From positions 1 to 45,394 of IMG/VR virus record IMGVR_UViG_3300043391_000337: DNA of 45,394 nucleotides, one strand, 5' to 3'. The notes beneath the pieces are model-generated. The model saw only the letters and a list, made by a program, of their open reading frames with translations. It had not been told where the DNA came from and made no database searches. A program made the position numbers and the translations under genes. This document shows, piece by piece, positions 1-9,565 of this stretch (positions within the stretch are counted from its first letter, which is position 1; every line of letters begins with the position of its first letter). This DNA is from a virus. Taxonomy: Duplodnaviria; Caudoviricetes.

Positions 1-1
1 A

Positions 2-85
2 AACAAAATAGATAAAAATCAACTAAAAAAATTAGCTAAAAACTTTATACAATGGAATAATAATAAACACGAGGTCGTTTTATAG
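2..85 (+). CDS. 3' end of an upstream ORF (partial, unknown product)
   Basis: Open frame from the window edge, NKIDKNQLKKLAKNFIQWNNNKHEVVL, ending TAG at 83-85. Confidence 0.45.
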   Translation, partial: NKIDKNQLKKLAKNFIQWNNNKHEVVL

Positions 86-86
86 G

Positions 87-115
87 TTGACAAAGTATCA
101 TAATTATGTTATATT
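87..115 (+). promoter_or_regulatory. sigma70-like early promoter
   Basis: TTGACA (87-92), 17-nt spacer ending TGt, TATATT (110-115). Confidence 0.75.
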
Positions 116-121
116 GGTAAC

Positions 122-256
122 ATGTATATTAAAATATTAAATTATTTAATAGATAGACTTGAAAAACTACGAGATAGATTGAAATACCCTAAAGGTATTT
201 CAGCTAAAGAATGGGCAGCTCAACACAAAAAGTGGCGAGAAAAGAGTTATAAATAA
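122..256 (+). CDS. small basic hypothetical protein (44 aa, probably leaderless)
   Basis: ATG 6 nt after the -10 box; MYIKILNYLIDRLEKLRDRLKYPKGISAKEWAAQHKKWREKSYK; not in the ORF track. Confidence 0.55.
   Translation: MYIKILNYLIDRLEKLRDRLKYPKGISAKEWAAQHKKWREKSYK
248..255 (+). promoter_or_regulatory. T4-type late promoter upstream of gp32
   Basis: Exact TATAAATA. Confidence 0.65.
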
Positions 257-309
257 TAATGATAGCGATTATACAGCTAACACAAATACAATAATAAGGA
301 GAAAATACA

Positions 310-1203
310 ATGGACTTTAATACATTAAAAACTAGTCATTCTAACTTTGATAAACTTACCAAAGCATTAGAAGCTAACCTCAATCCTGAGGATATTAATA
401 AATCAAAAGACAAATACGCAGACGACAGAATATGGAAACCTGAACTAGATAAAACTGGTAGTGGTTATGCCGTTATTCGTTTCTTACCAGCATCCGAAAA
501 AGAAGAAATGCCATGGGTAAGAGTTTGGTCTCATGCCTTCCAAGATAAAGGTGGTTGGTATATTGAGAACTCATTAACAACTCTTAATCATAAAGATCCT
601 GTTAGTGAAGAAAATACTAGACTATGGAATTCAGGTGTTGAATCTGATAAAGAAATAGCAAGAAAAAGAAAAAGAAAATTATCTTATTTCTCTAATATAA
701 TGGTTGTAAGTGATCCTGCTCATCCAGCAAACGAAGGTAAAGTATTCATATTCAAATTCGGTAAAAAGATATTTGATAAGATTACAGAAGCAATGCAACC
801 AGCATTTGAAGATGAACAACCAATTAACCCATTTGATTTTTGGAAAGGTGCAAACTTTAAACTGAAAATTAGAAAAGTTGATGGTTATTGGAACTACGAC
901 AAATCTGAATTTGAGCCTGTTAAGGCAATTGCTGATACTGATGAAAGCATCAAAGCAATTTGGTCTAAACAGTACCCTCTAACTCCTTTCTTGGCCCCTA
1001 GTAATTTTAAGACCTATGATGAACTCAAAGAGAAACTGAATAGGGTAATTACGGGAACTAGAAATACTGCAACTGTTGAAAGTGCTGATCTCTCTAAGGC
1101 AAAAACAAATGGTTCAGTAAAAAGTAACGGTAAAACTACTCCAACTGTTAGTGATGATGACGATACGTTGTCTTACTTTAGTAAATTGGCAGATGACGAG
1201 TAG
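310..1203 (+). CDS. gp32: single-stranded DNA-binding protein gp32
   Basis: GSGYAVIRFLP, YIENSLTTL, FKFGKKIFDKI, NPFDFWKGANFKLK, YWNYDKSEF, acidic tail DDDDTLSYFSKLADDE; AAGGAG RBS. Confidence 0.96.
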   Translation: MDFNTLKTSHSNFDKLTKALEANLNPEDINKSKDKYADDRIWKPELDKTGSGYAVIRFLPASEKEEMPWVRVWSHAFQDKGGWYIENSLTTLNHKDPVSEENTRLWNSGVESDKEIARKRKRKLSYFSNIMVVSDPAHPANEGKVFIFKFGKKIFDKITEAMQPAFEDEQPINPFDFWKGANFKLKIRKVDGYWNYDKSEFEPVKAIADTDESIKAIWSKQYPLTPFLAPSNFKTYDELKEKLNRVITGTRNTATVESADLSKAKTNGSVKSNGKTTPTVSDDDDTLSYFSKLADDE

Positions 1204-1226
1204 AATCTCTCTCTACTAGTACTTTA

Positions 1227-1250
1227 ATGGTGGCCAGAAATGGCCACCAT
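1227..1250. terminator. probable bidirectional intrinsic terminator
   Basis: Perfect 10-bp stem ATGGTGGCCA-GAAA-TGGCCACCAT between convergent genes. Confidence 0.85.
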
Positions 1251-1252
1251 AT

Positions 1253-2836
1253 TTAAACTGGTATACTAGGTGAATTTAAATTAATAAAAGAACGATCAAA
1301 ATTTCCAGGTTCCATAGTTACAATAGTTTGACTATTCTGATTCACCACTTGATTAGATGGTGCAACAACCACATTACTATTATTACTAGACTTATCTTTA
1401 CCAGCAATATTCTCAACACTCATTCTATTTAATTCACCACCTGTAATTGGTGCGATTTGACGTTGTAATATACTTTGTCTAGGCATCATTAATTGTTCAT
1501 TATCTGTAGCGCCTGGCGTTGATGGTAATATATTAGGGCCGGCTGGTTGACTTTTAGCTCCTATTTGTTTTGCAATAGATTCATTTGAATAATCACCAAC
1601 TGCATCTTTTTCTAATCCTTTTGTTGAGGTCTGTAATTGATTTTCTTCTTCATTTTTATTAGAAATGTCTGTTTCACCTTCTTTTTTCTTTTTAAACCAA
1701 TTCATTGGGTTTAAATTAGATAACTTATCTGCTGCCCAAGCTACGGCCGCAACTAATGCTATAATTCCTATTATGATAGCAATAATTGGGGCAGCTAATA
1801 ATAAAAATTCTATAATAACTGGCACCATTGCAATTGCCATTTTAGCAAAGTTAGCTGCACTTGTTAATAGACCTTTACCTAGATTTCCAAGACCACTCAT
1901 AAGACCACTTAATGATTGTTTAATACCTTTACCCATCTGACCCAATTCTTGTCCAAATAGTTTAAATTGATCTACTGCTGCACCGACTGTTTGTGATAGA
2001 GGTCCTTGTATCTTTTCATCAGGTTTAAGACCTGCTTTTTCTTTTCTTTCTGATAATATCTTTTGATCTTCTGTTAATTTCTTTTCATCATTAACCAATT
2101 GTTGTCTTTTCTTTAAATCCTCACCATCACTCTTTTTAAATTGTTTAATATCTCTTTGTAATTCTTTTTCTCTAAACTGTAATTCTTTTTCTTGTTTTAA
2201 TATAGATTGTTTTTCTAATTTCTCTTGTGCAAATGTTCTAATCTCCAATTGCATATTCTTTTCATCAACATAAGTATTGATACCACGCTCTCTTAATATA
2301 TCTCTTTCTTTAACTAATTCAGAAACCTTTTCTTCATGCACTCTTTTACGTTCTTCTTTTTCATTCTTTTTCTTTTCTGCCATTTCAAATAACTTATCAA
2401 TACCATCACCTAAGTCTTTACTAAACGATTTTAAATCTATGCCTAATTTGTTTTGTAATGTATCTATGGTCTTAAATGCCTGTTCATTATCTTCTTCTTT
2501 ATTAGATTGTAGTAATTGAACAACTTGTTTTAATTCAGATTCAATAGGTAAGAACTCTTTAACAGTGGCTTGAGTTAAATTAGTTACTTTACCTGTAACG
2601 GCCTGTAGTATAGATTTACCTAATTCAACTATTTGTTGTGAACTGATATTTTGTTTTTGAGATTCAGCAACTTGTTTAATTGCTTGAGTAACTTCAACAT
2701 TGTATTTTGGTAATGTTTGTTTTACTTCAGCAACATCTTCTTGTATAGTTTCTTCTTTGGCCTGCATTTTGTCAATTTTTTTAACAAAATTGCTACCTAA
2801 AGCTAACTTATCTGAATCGTCTATAAAATCTGCCAT
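1253..2836 (-). CDS. putative tail tape measure protein (gp29-like)
   Basis: Long K/E/Q coiled-coil, Gly/Ala-rich amphipathic stretch, hydrophobic segment LLLAAPIIAIIIGIIALVAAVAWAA, N/Q-rich C-terminus; downstream of gp26/gp51. Confidence 0.6.
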   Translation of the reverse strand: MADFIDDSDKLALGSNFVKKIDKMQAKEETIQEDVAEVKQTLPKYNVEVTQAIKQVAESQKQNISSQQIVELGKSILQAVTGKVTNLTQATVKEFLPIESELKQVVQLLQSNKEEDNEQAFKTIDTLQNKLGIDLKSFSKDLGDGIDKLFEMAEKKKNEKEERKRVHEEKVSELVKERDILRERGINTYVDEKNMQLEIRTFAQEKLEKQSILKQEKELQFREKELQRDIKQFKKSDGEDLKKRQQLVNDEKKLTEDQKILSERKEKAGLKPDEKIQGPLSQTVGAAVDQFKLFGQELGQMGKGIKQSLSGLMSGLGNLGKGLLTSAANFAKMAIAMVPVIIEFLLLAAPIIAIIIGIIALVAAVAWAADKLSNLNPMNWFKKKKEGETDISNKNEEENQLQTSTKGLEKDAVGDYSNESIAKQIGAKSQPAGPNILPSTPGATDNEQLMMPRQSILQRQIAPITGGELNRMSVENIAGKDKSSNNSNVVVAPSNQVVNQNSQTIVTMEPGNFDRSFINLNSPSIPV

Positions 2837-2840
2837 TTAA

Positions 2841-3134
2841 TTATTTTGTTTCTTCTTGTTGTGCTTGTAGTTTTTTATCTTCTATCTTCTCTTGTGTTCT
2901 ACCATAAGCAGATATACCTAATACAGCACCCATACAAATATGGAAGAATCCAGCACCTTGTAAAGTTAATGGTTGCCATTGTGTAAATACAATATTTTTA
3001 AGATATGTTGCTTGTGCTATATTCCACAGTATAGGAAATAGAATAAAATCAAATGCACATACTGATAAGTATAACCAACCCATAGCAGGACGCCATTTAG
3101 TATTAAAACCTGTTTCTTTATTTTGTGTACTCAT
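2841..3134 (-). CDS. small membrane protein, 3TM holin-like (WRP motif)
   Basis: KWRPAMGWLY...FDFILFP and hydrophobic helices ending LGISAYGRTQEK, resembling the GTA 3TM holin family. Confidence 0.55.
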   Translation of the reverse strand: MSTQNKETGFNTKWRPAMGWLYLSVCAFDFILFPILWNIAQATYLKNIVFTQWQPLTLQGAGFFHICMGAVLGISAYGRTQEKIEDKKLQAQQEETK

Positions 3135-3325
3135 TACCTGTTTTTCTCCCTGTTTCTCTCGTTTTCTTCTTTAATGTAATTAACCAACAGTGATATGTAT
3201 ATATCACGTTCCCATGGCAACATATTTTCAATTTCAGTTAATGAATATTTATGATGTTGCATCAGCGCAAAATTGGTTTCGAAGTATGCCTCTAACGTGT
3301 TATGGGAGAGGCTAATTCGAAAAAA
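3134..3325 (-). CDS. gp51: gp51-like baseplate hub assembly protein; frame probably entered by -1 frameshift from gp26 (only ATG at 3262)
   Basis: Frame reads FFRISLSHNTLEAYFETNFALMQHHKYSLTEIENMLPWERDIYISLLVNYIKEENERNREKNR; LMQHHKYSLTEIENM.PWER is the gp51-like signature; TAATG overlap with the next gene; not in the ORF track. Confidence 0.8.
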   Translation of the reverse strand, partial: FFRISLSHNTLEAYFETNFALMQHHKYSLTEIENMLPWERDIYISLLVNYIKEENERNREKNR

Positions 3326-4029
3326 TCTGCAATACCTGTTAACGTAACCTTACTTGTTACATTAGTTTTAGGGTTAGTTACTTCAATCTCATGTTTCAAT
3401 CTAGGCATAGTTTCAAAGAACTTTTTGATTTTACTGAATGAATCTTGTGGCATCATTTCAACAAATTCTTTTAATTCAGTTTTTGTACTATCTTTTGACG
3501 GATATATCTTTTCACCTTCAAAGATATGATCTATGCAATCAACTAACACATTGAATACTTGTTCTATTTCAAGTTTTTCTATACCTTTACCCACATCATA
3601 ATTTTTTAATGTAGGGTACTTTAATACTAAACCTAAATTTCTTTTTTCATCAACAATAATTTTATTAGTATGATCATCATCAACATGTACCTGAACTTTA
3701 GTTAAATCAACTTCAGCTTCAGCATAAGTTTTACCATCATCAGGACATATTGTTTTAAATTTAGCAATTTCAGATACAGATTTTGCACGAATATTTAAAA
3801 AAATATATTCAACATCAAATATTGGTAATTGATCTACTTTTAATACATCAAACGTACATGCTTTAATAACTTCTTTTAAAGCTTCAACCATTTGTTTATT
3901 ATCACCTGTTTCAAGTGCAATATACAATATTTTTTCTTCTTTAACAAGAAACGGTCTATATTTTATTTTTATATCTTGTGATGGTAACGTCAATTCATAC
4001 GTAGGCACATCAACTCTTGGTAACGCCAT
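3292..4029 (-). CDS. gp26: baseplate hub assembly protein gp26
   Basis: MALP..PTYELTLPS, YRPFLVKEEK, FDVEYIFLNIRAKSV, KFFETMP, LTGIADFF. Confidence 0.9.
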   Translation of the reverse strand: MALPRVDVPTYELTLPSQDIKIKYRPFLVKEEKILYIALETGDNKQMVEALKEVIKACTFDVLKVDQLPIFDVEYIFLNIRAKSVSEIAKFKTICPDDGKTYAEAEVDLTKVQVHVDDDHTNKIIVDEKRNLGLVLKYPTLKNYDVGKGIEKLEIEQVFNVLVDCIDHIFEGEKIYPSKDSTKTELKEFVEMMPQDSFSKIKKFFETMPRLKHEIEVTNPKTNVTSKVTLTGIADFFELASPITR

Positions 4030-4046
4030 AATTAACTCCTTTTATA

Positions 4047-5036
4047 TTATAAATTAAGTGGTGGTAAATTGCCGAATGGAGGGAATACTCTACCACCTGT
4101 AATACCCCCAATTGGAATACGTCTTTTCAGACCTTCTAATACATCTTGACCAACACGTCTTAATTCTGGTGGTAATTTATTTAGAATGCCTCCAAAAGCA
4201 CCATATCCACTTTTAACTGTAACATCTCTAAATGCTGGATTACCTACACCAATTTCACCTGCTTTATCTAAGAAGTAGTTAATCCAATATCTAAATGTAA
4301 ATGTAACTGTAAATGTTTGTACAGCATTTGCTTCGTAATTATATTCAACCGGTCCAATAATTTTAGGAAACACATCATATAATTGAACAGCATAAGTTAT
4401 GTCATCTCTTTCATTACGACTAGCAAATTGACCTAATTGATAAATGTTAATATCAGAAACGTAATTGTCATAAAAATTATAATTATTAGATTGATTACTA
4501 TAAATGGCCGATTGCCATAATTCAAAATATGATCTCTCTCTTAAAAACTTATCACAATAGAATGTTGCTGTAATATCTGCTGACTTATGATCAAAAGCAA
4601 TCTTGTATGCTGGACCATGATGTCTAATTTCTTTTGTTTGTATATCTCTATCAGGCATAGCAATAGCAGAACAAAATGCTCTCACTCTACGACCATTAGA
4701 ATTATGTACAGCTCTCATTTCGTCCGGTGATTTAAAAGATGCCATCTGTTCAGCGCTTTGAGGAGACATACCTTGTTGAGTAATATCTTCAATACCTAAT
4801 AAGTTTGCTCCACCACCTTTTGGTAAATTAAACTCAACATAAAATCTGGCCTTACGAGCAAATCCTTCTGCCTCATTAACATAAGATTGAAAACGGCCAA
4901 TAGTAGTTTCTGGATTGCCACCTGCCTTTTGTCTAAAACGTGGATCTGATTCAACGTTGTCTAATGATCTATCTCTAGGAATACCTAATCTGATATCAAA
5001 ACCACCAATACGAACACCACCTCGTAGTATTGCCAT
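4047..5036 (-). CDS. gp54: tail tube initiator gp54 / gp19-like tube-fold protein
   Basis: ARFYVEF, CSAIAMP, ITATFYCD, YFELWQ, YDNYVSDINIYQL, LYDVFP, FTVTFTFRYW. Confidence 0.7.
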   Translation of the reverse strand: MAILRGGVRIGGFDIRLGIPRDRSLDNVESDPRFRQKAGGNPETTIGRFQSYVNEAEGFARKARFYVEFNLPKGGGANLLGIEDITQQGMSPQSAEQMASFKSPDEMRAVHNSNGRRVRAFCSAIAMPDRDIQTKEIRHHGPAYKIAFDHKSADITATFYCDKFLRERSYFELWQSAIYSNQSNNYNFYDNYVSDINIYQLGQFASRNERDDITYAVQLYDVFPKIIGPVEYNYEANAVQTFTVTFTFRYWINYFLDKAGEIGVGNPAFRDVTVKSGYGAFGGILNKLPPELRRVGQDVLEGLKRRIPIGGITGGRVFPPFGNLPPLNL

Positions 5037-5590
5037 TAGATCATACTCCTAGATGCACGATAAACTCCCGTATCGGATGCACCAACAAATCTTTGAACTG
5101 GTAAATAACATGCAATAGCAGCTGCTTGAGCATCAATCTTTAAAAAGTTTGATCTCACATGTTTATACAAATATTTTTTGATAGTTGGTCTAACTAATGG
5201 AATAGATTTAACTCTACGCCAACTAACGTCAAATTTTGTAGTTGAATCTAATTTATTGTTTGTAGCCCAGCGTTGCATATTTTCTAATAACCTTAATCTT
5301 AGTACAGGTGGTAAATAGTGAAAGTTTAATCCACTGAAGCCGCCTGGTATTACTTCTAATGGTAATACTAATGGAAAAGTATCATAATAAGGTAATGTCT
5401 TTTTATATTTTGGATCATAAAGAAACAAATTTAAAGAACCAACACTTGGTCTTGGTGTCAATTTACCTTGAGCCATTAACTTGTTAGCACTAATTCTATC
5501 AGCAATAGATGAAACGGCATTTTTATACCATGCTGCCGATTTTGTAGTATCGCCTTGTTGACTAACCAGTTTATCTAAAATACTAACCAT
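5036..5590 (-). CDS. gp2: DNA end protector protein gp2
   Basis: FLYDPKYKKTLPYYDTFPLV, GLNFHYLPP.LR, IKKYLYKHVRS. Confidence 0.9.
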   Translation of the reverse strand: MVSILDKLVSQQGDTTKSAAWYKNAVSSIADRISANKLMAQGKLTPRPSVGSLNLFLYDPKYKKTLPYYDTFPLVLPLEVIPGGFSGLNFHYLPPVLRLRLLENMQRWATNNKLDSTTKFDVSWRRVKSIPLVRPTIKKYLYKHVRSNFLKIDAQAAAIACYLPVQRFVGASDTGVYRASRSMI

Positions 5591-5596
5591 TTACTA

Positions 5597-5604
5597 TATT
5601 TATG
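5597..5604 (-). promoter_or_regulatory. late promoter variant upstream of gp2
   Basis: CATAAATA on the minus strand, 6 nt before the ATG. Confidence 0.5.
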
Positions 5605-5605
5605 T

Positions 5606-6040
5606 CTAATTATAGACGCCTATATCTTTTTCAGTGAAGATTTTAAACTCTAAATCATTACCCTCACAATAGGTTTTGGCGGCTGTCCATTTAGCTTGAT
5701 TTTTAATATATTCTAATTGTTCCTGTATGAAGTACTTGGTTTTTTTCTTAGGTGTTTTTGGTGGGAAACATTGTTTATAAGGTTTAATCTCAACCATATA
5801 TTTCTTACCAGTTTTTAACTTAAAAATAAAATCGGGATAATATCTATGAATACGATAATCAATAGGTGAACGATAAACAATAGGAACTTCTTCGCTCGCC
5901 CAAAATTCAATTTGATCATTTTTATCTAAGTAAACCATCATTCTACGTTCAAGCATAGAACGATAGACTATTCTGTTTGGATCACCAATGTATTTTTTGG
6001 GGTTGATAGGTTTATATATTCCTTTATAACTCTTTGTCAT
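5606..6040 (-). CDS. gp4: head completion nuclease gp4 (TnsA-like PD-(D/E)XK fold)
   Basis: YKP.NPKKYIGDP, YRS.LE, WASEE, HRYYPDF, VEIKP, NQAKW.AA. Confidence 0.93.
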   Translation of the reverse strand: MTKSYKGIYKPINPKKYIGDPNRIVYRSMLERRMMVYLDKNDQIEFWASEEVPIVYRSPIDYRIHRYYPDFIFKLKTGKKYMVEIKPYKQCFPPKTPKKKTKYFIQEQLEYIKNQAKWTAAKTYCEGNDLEFKIFTEKDIGVYN

Positions 6041-6046
6041 ATCACA

Positions 6047-6081
6047 TATAAATATTACTATTAATCATATAGATATTTATA
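6047..6081. promoter_or_regulatory. pair of face-to-face late promoters serving gp48 (+) and gp4 (-)
   Basis: TATAAATA on + at 6047-6054 and on - at 6074-6081 in the 45-bp divergent gap. Confidence 0.75.
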
Positions 6082-6085
6082 GACT

Positions 6086-7264
6086 ATGGGTATAGCAGAT
6101 ATAATACAAAAGAACTTAGGCAATCTTACAGGCGGTGGTTTAGTAGGTATGGCAGGTGGTATTGCTGGTAGTTTATTTGATAAAGGCAAAAACAACATGG
6201 CACAAAATAATGCTGCCGCAAAGATATTAAACAAATCACCATTAGAAATAGCAAACGATACAAGTCCTGTTTCTCATATGCAATCCAATCCTTATGAATA
6301 TGGAACAGCATGGTATCCTGAAAATGTACAAAATTTAGGAACAGGTCATTACATTATATTTGATATATTAGAAACAGATACCGCTTATGGTCAAGTTTGG
6401 AATAGTATGAAAAAAGGTGGTAATGCAGTAGCTAAATCTTTAGGTAAGGATACTATTGCCGAAACTTATGCTGATCAAACTAGTAATTATAAAAATACTA
6501 GAAGTCAACAAGCAGCTCAAGCAAGAGTAACTCAACAGTCATCAGGTATTAATAGACAAACAAATCAAGCAAGTGGAATGTTTAATAGAATAGGAGTTGG
6601 GTCGAGACACACAAGAGTTTGCGACACATTAATATTATACACACCTGCAGGATTAAAAACAAGTTACAATGTATCACACGAAGGAACAGAAACAGGAATG
6701 TTAGGAGACATATTAGGTACAGATATATCATCTGGCGCAGATATAGTAGGTAGATTAAAAGAAGTTAGTACTAAATTAGGTACAGAAATTGCTGGTATGG
6801 CATTGAGTTTAGTCCCAGGCGCCGGTGATTTAAAAGGTGCATTATCAAAACTAACAGGTATGGCATTTAACCCAAATTTAGAAATGGTTTTCAAAGGTGT
6901 ACCAATGAGAGAATTTGATTATTCATTTGAATTTGCACCTAAAAATAAAAAAGAATTAGAAAGCGCACAAAAAATTATAAACAAATTTAAATATCATATG
7001 CACCCCGAAATGGGACCAAGTAATGATTTTATTGTGCCATCACAATTTCAAATAACTTATATGTATATGGAAAATAGAAACACATATATTCCTAAAATTA
7101 GTAAGTGTGTATTAAAATCTTTGGACTTGCAACATGGTGATGAAGGAGTATTCAGTACTTTTGCTGCTGATGCTTTTGGTGCTGCTCCTATTTACACTAA
7201 AATGGTATTAAAATTTGCTGAAACAGAAATTATGACTAAAGGAACTATAAGCCAAGGATTCTAA
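6086..7264 (+). CDS. gp48: baseplate tail tube cap gp48
   Basis: ILYTP, NPNLEMVFKGVPMREFDYSFEFAPKN, FKYHMHP, PSQFQITY, LKFAETEI. Confidence 0.88.
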   Translation: MGIADIIQKNLGNLTGGGLVGMAGGIAGSLFDKGKNNMAQNNAAAKILNKSPLEIANDTSPVSHMQSNPYEYGTAWYPENVQNLGTGHYIIFDILETDTAYGQVWNSMKKGGNAVAKSLGKDTIAETYADQTSNYKNTRSQQAAQARVTQQSSGINRQTNQASGMFNRIGVGSRHTRVCDTLILYTPAGLKTSYNVSHEGTETGMLGDILGTDISSGADIVGRLKEVSTKLGTEIAGMALSLVPGAGDLKGALSKLTGMAFNPNLEMVFKGVPMREFDYSFEFAPKNKKELESAQKIINKFKYHMHPEMGPSNDFIVPSQFQITYMYMENRNTYIPKISKCVLKSLDLQHGDEGVFSTFAADAFGAAPIYTKMVLKFAETEIMTKGTISQGF

Positions 7265-7265
7265 T

Positions 7266-7799
7266 ATGTATTTCTCTTATTTTCCAAAAGGCCTGTACGA
7301 TTTAAAAGGTGATGGTAACGAAAAATTAGTTACCAATCTAATGAAAAGAGTTAAGGTTAGATCAAAGATTTTAGATCAGGCAAGTCTATATGATTTATAT
7401 GATGTACCAGAAGGAGAAACTCCAGAGATCACATCATTAAAACATTTTGGCAGTACTTATTATCATTGGGTAATTTTAATGACAAATAACATTACAGATA
7501 GATTTTATGGATGGCCATTATCATCATACGAATTTGAACAATATGTAAACGATAAGTACGATAATCCAGATGCTATACATCATTATGAAATAGATCAAAC
7601 AAGTGGCAGTGTTAAGAATTTAGGCCCAAGTGATTATTCATACAAAATAGAAGTTAATAGTGATACACCTCTTGCAACATCAGTATCTAATAGAGAATAC
7701 GAACAAAGAATACAAGATCAAAAAAGACAAATCAAATTACTAAATCCAGCTTACTTAACTTTATTATTGGAAGAATTTGAAAATTTGATGGCAGGGTAA
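7266..7799 (+). CDS. gp53: baseplate wedge subunit gp53 (LysM-like)
   Basis: MYFSYFP, GETPE, YHWVILMTNNI, WPLS, IHHYE, KRQIKLL. Confidence 0.9.
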   Translation: MYFSYFPKGLYDLKGDGNEKLVTNLMKRVKVRSKILDQASLYDLYDVPEGETPEITSLKHFGSTYYHWVILMTNNITDRFYGWPLSSYEFEQYVNDKYDNPDAIHHYEIDQTSGSVKNLGPSDYSYKIEVNSDTPLATSVSNREYEQRIQDQKRQIKLLNPAYLTLLLEEFENLMAG

Positions 7800-7800
7800 A

Positions 7801-9297
7801 ATGAGCATATATGATACACTTGACGCCAGTTCAATAAAAAAACCTGGTGCATACTACCTATCTGATATCAGATTGGTCTCTTATAGAAGTAAAGACGGCG
7901 ATAGCGAACCTGATTCTATTGGTATTGAAACAATGGTTGTAGATTTAAACATCTATGAAAGTATATTCAATAAAACATTATCAGGTAATTTATTAATCGT
8001 AGATGCTAATAACATAATAGGTAAATTACCGTTAACAGGTAATGAACGATTAGAATTTAAATTCTTTACACCATCACTATCAAAAGGGTACGATTTCACA
8101 TCTAAGACAGGCAATCCAATGTACATTTACAAAATACAAAATCGTACAGATATTTCACCTAGAGCACAAACTTACCTATTACATTTTTGCAGTAAAGAAA
8201 TGATGACAAATGAATTAGTTGTAGTAAGTAATGCACAAACTGGACAATATTCAGATATGGTGGCTAACATAACAAGAAATGAAGATTTCTTGGCGTCAGT
8301 AAAAGATTTTCAATTTGAACCATCTTGGGGATTACATAAACACGTATTTCCTAGAATAAGACCTTTTGATGCTATTGATACATTGTCTTTACAAACACGA
8401 AGTACAAAATTTGAAGGCGCAGGTTATTACTTCTATGAAACATCATCAGGTTTTAATTTCAGATCATTAGAATCAATGATGGCAATAGAAGCCAATACGG
8501 CACGACCTGCCTTGGCAAGATTTAGACCTAAACCGGCCAATGTAAATCAAGGCGGTGATAAAGATATTAAAAACGAAATGCAAATTGCCATCAAGTATAG
8601 AATTGTAGATCAGTTTGATACATTAAAGAATTTAAGAAATGGTGTATTTGCATCTAAACTAATTACACATGACCAACTCAACAAAACATACGAAGAAACA
8701 GATTTTAGTTACCATGCTGAATATCAAAATTTATTTCATGTAGAAACAGGTAAAGACGGTGTAAGAACCGACAATCAAGGCATATTACCTTTTTATACAA
8801 GAGAAGGACAGACATTGTCCGACTATCCTGAATCCACATTATATCTATGGTCGCAAACATCAGATACACATTATTCAGGTGATACACCTTTATACAATCC
8901 TGATATGAAAGAGATATTACAAAAACGATTATCACAAAGACTGGCATTACATTCATTTAAATTAGAATTAACCGTACCGGGAATGACAGGGTTACAGGCC
9001 GGCGATATCATTAACTTTGATATGCCTTCTTATGAACCTGCAGGTGGTTCAGAACCATTAGATCACGACCCTTACCTATCAGGACGATATCTGGTTACGT
9101 CTATACGCCACCAATTAAATCGTAAACAAAACAAACACTTCATGGTCTTAGAGTGTATGAAAGACAGCGTTAAACGACCTTATCCTGAAGAATACATAGA
9201 TACATTTATTAATAAGGAAAAGGCACACGATGGAATAGTAGATATTTACGAAATAGATAAAATGGTTGCGGATTCGTCAAGTGGTCTTTTTAGTTAA
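7801..9297 (+). CDS. baseplate hub protein (gp27-like)
   Basis: IYESIF..TLSG, LPLTGNE, YYFYET..GFNFRS, SGRYLVTSIRH; lies between gp53 and gp5. Confidence 0.65.
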   Translation: MSIYDTLDASSIKKPGAYYLSDIRLVSYRSKDGDSEPDSIGIETMVVDLNIYESIFNKTLSGNLLIVDANNIIGKLPLTGNERLEFKFFTPSLSKGYDFTSKTGNPMYIYKIQNRTDISPRAQTYLLHFCSKEMMTNELVVVSNAQTGQYSDMVANITRNEDFLASVKDFQFEPSWGLHKHVFPRIRPFDAIDTLSLQTRSTKFEGAGYYFYETSSGFNFRSLESMMAIEANTARPALARFRPKPANVNQGGDKDIKNEMQIAIKYRIVDQFDTLKNLRNGVFASKLITHDQLNKTYEETDFSYHAEYQNLFHVETGKDGVRTDNQGILPFYTREGQTLSDYPESTLYLWSQTSDTHYSGDTPLYNPDMKEILQKRLSQRLALHSFKLELTVPGMTGLQAGDIINFDMPSYEPAGGSEPLDHDPYLSGRYLVTSIRHQLNRKQNKHFMVLECMKDSVKRPYPEEYIDTFINKEKAHDGIVDIYEIDKMVADSSSGLFS

Positions 9298-9448
9298 CTG
9301 AAAGAAACTCAGAGTCCGACCGCTCCGAGGATTTTTGAGACCGCAATTTTTTATAGCTATGTAGATAACGACTATTTGGCTGGCCGATATTACAGGTACC
9401 GAGAGAATGGCCTTCTAAATATTAGAGACAAACTAAGGTTACGAAACT

Positions 9449-9562
9449 ATGATATACAACATATTAAAGACACCATTAAGAACACTGCAAGGCATATTCT
9501 CACTAAGGGTATGTAAGTGTAAAGGGTGCAAATGTAAACCAGGTATATTAAGAAGAAAGTAA
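9449..9562 (+). CDS. small Cys/Lys-rich hypothetical protein (37 aa)
   Basis: MIYNILKTPLRTLQGIFSLRVCKCKGCKCKPGILRRK; preceded by CTAAATA (9415-9421) and AAGG. Confidence 0.4.
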   Translation: MIYNILKTPLRTLQGIFSLRVCKCKGCKCKPGILRRK

Positions 9563-9565
9563 ACT

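Noticed and set aside
256-300. Possible gene 32 autoregulatory pseudoknot (ATAAT/ATTAT and TAGC/GCTA)
   Set aside because: Stems are only 4-5 bp and AT-rich, which is expected by chance; needs covariation evidence
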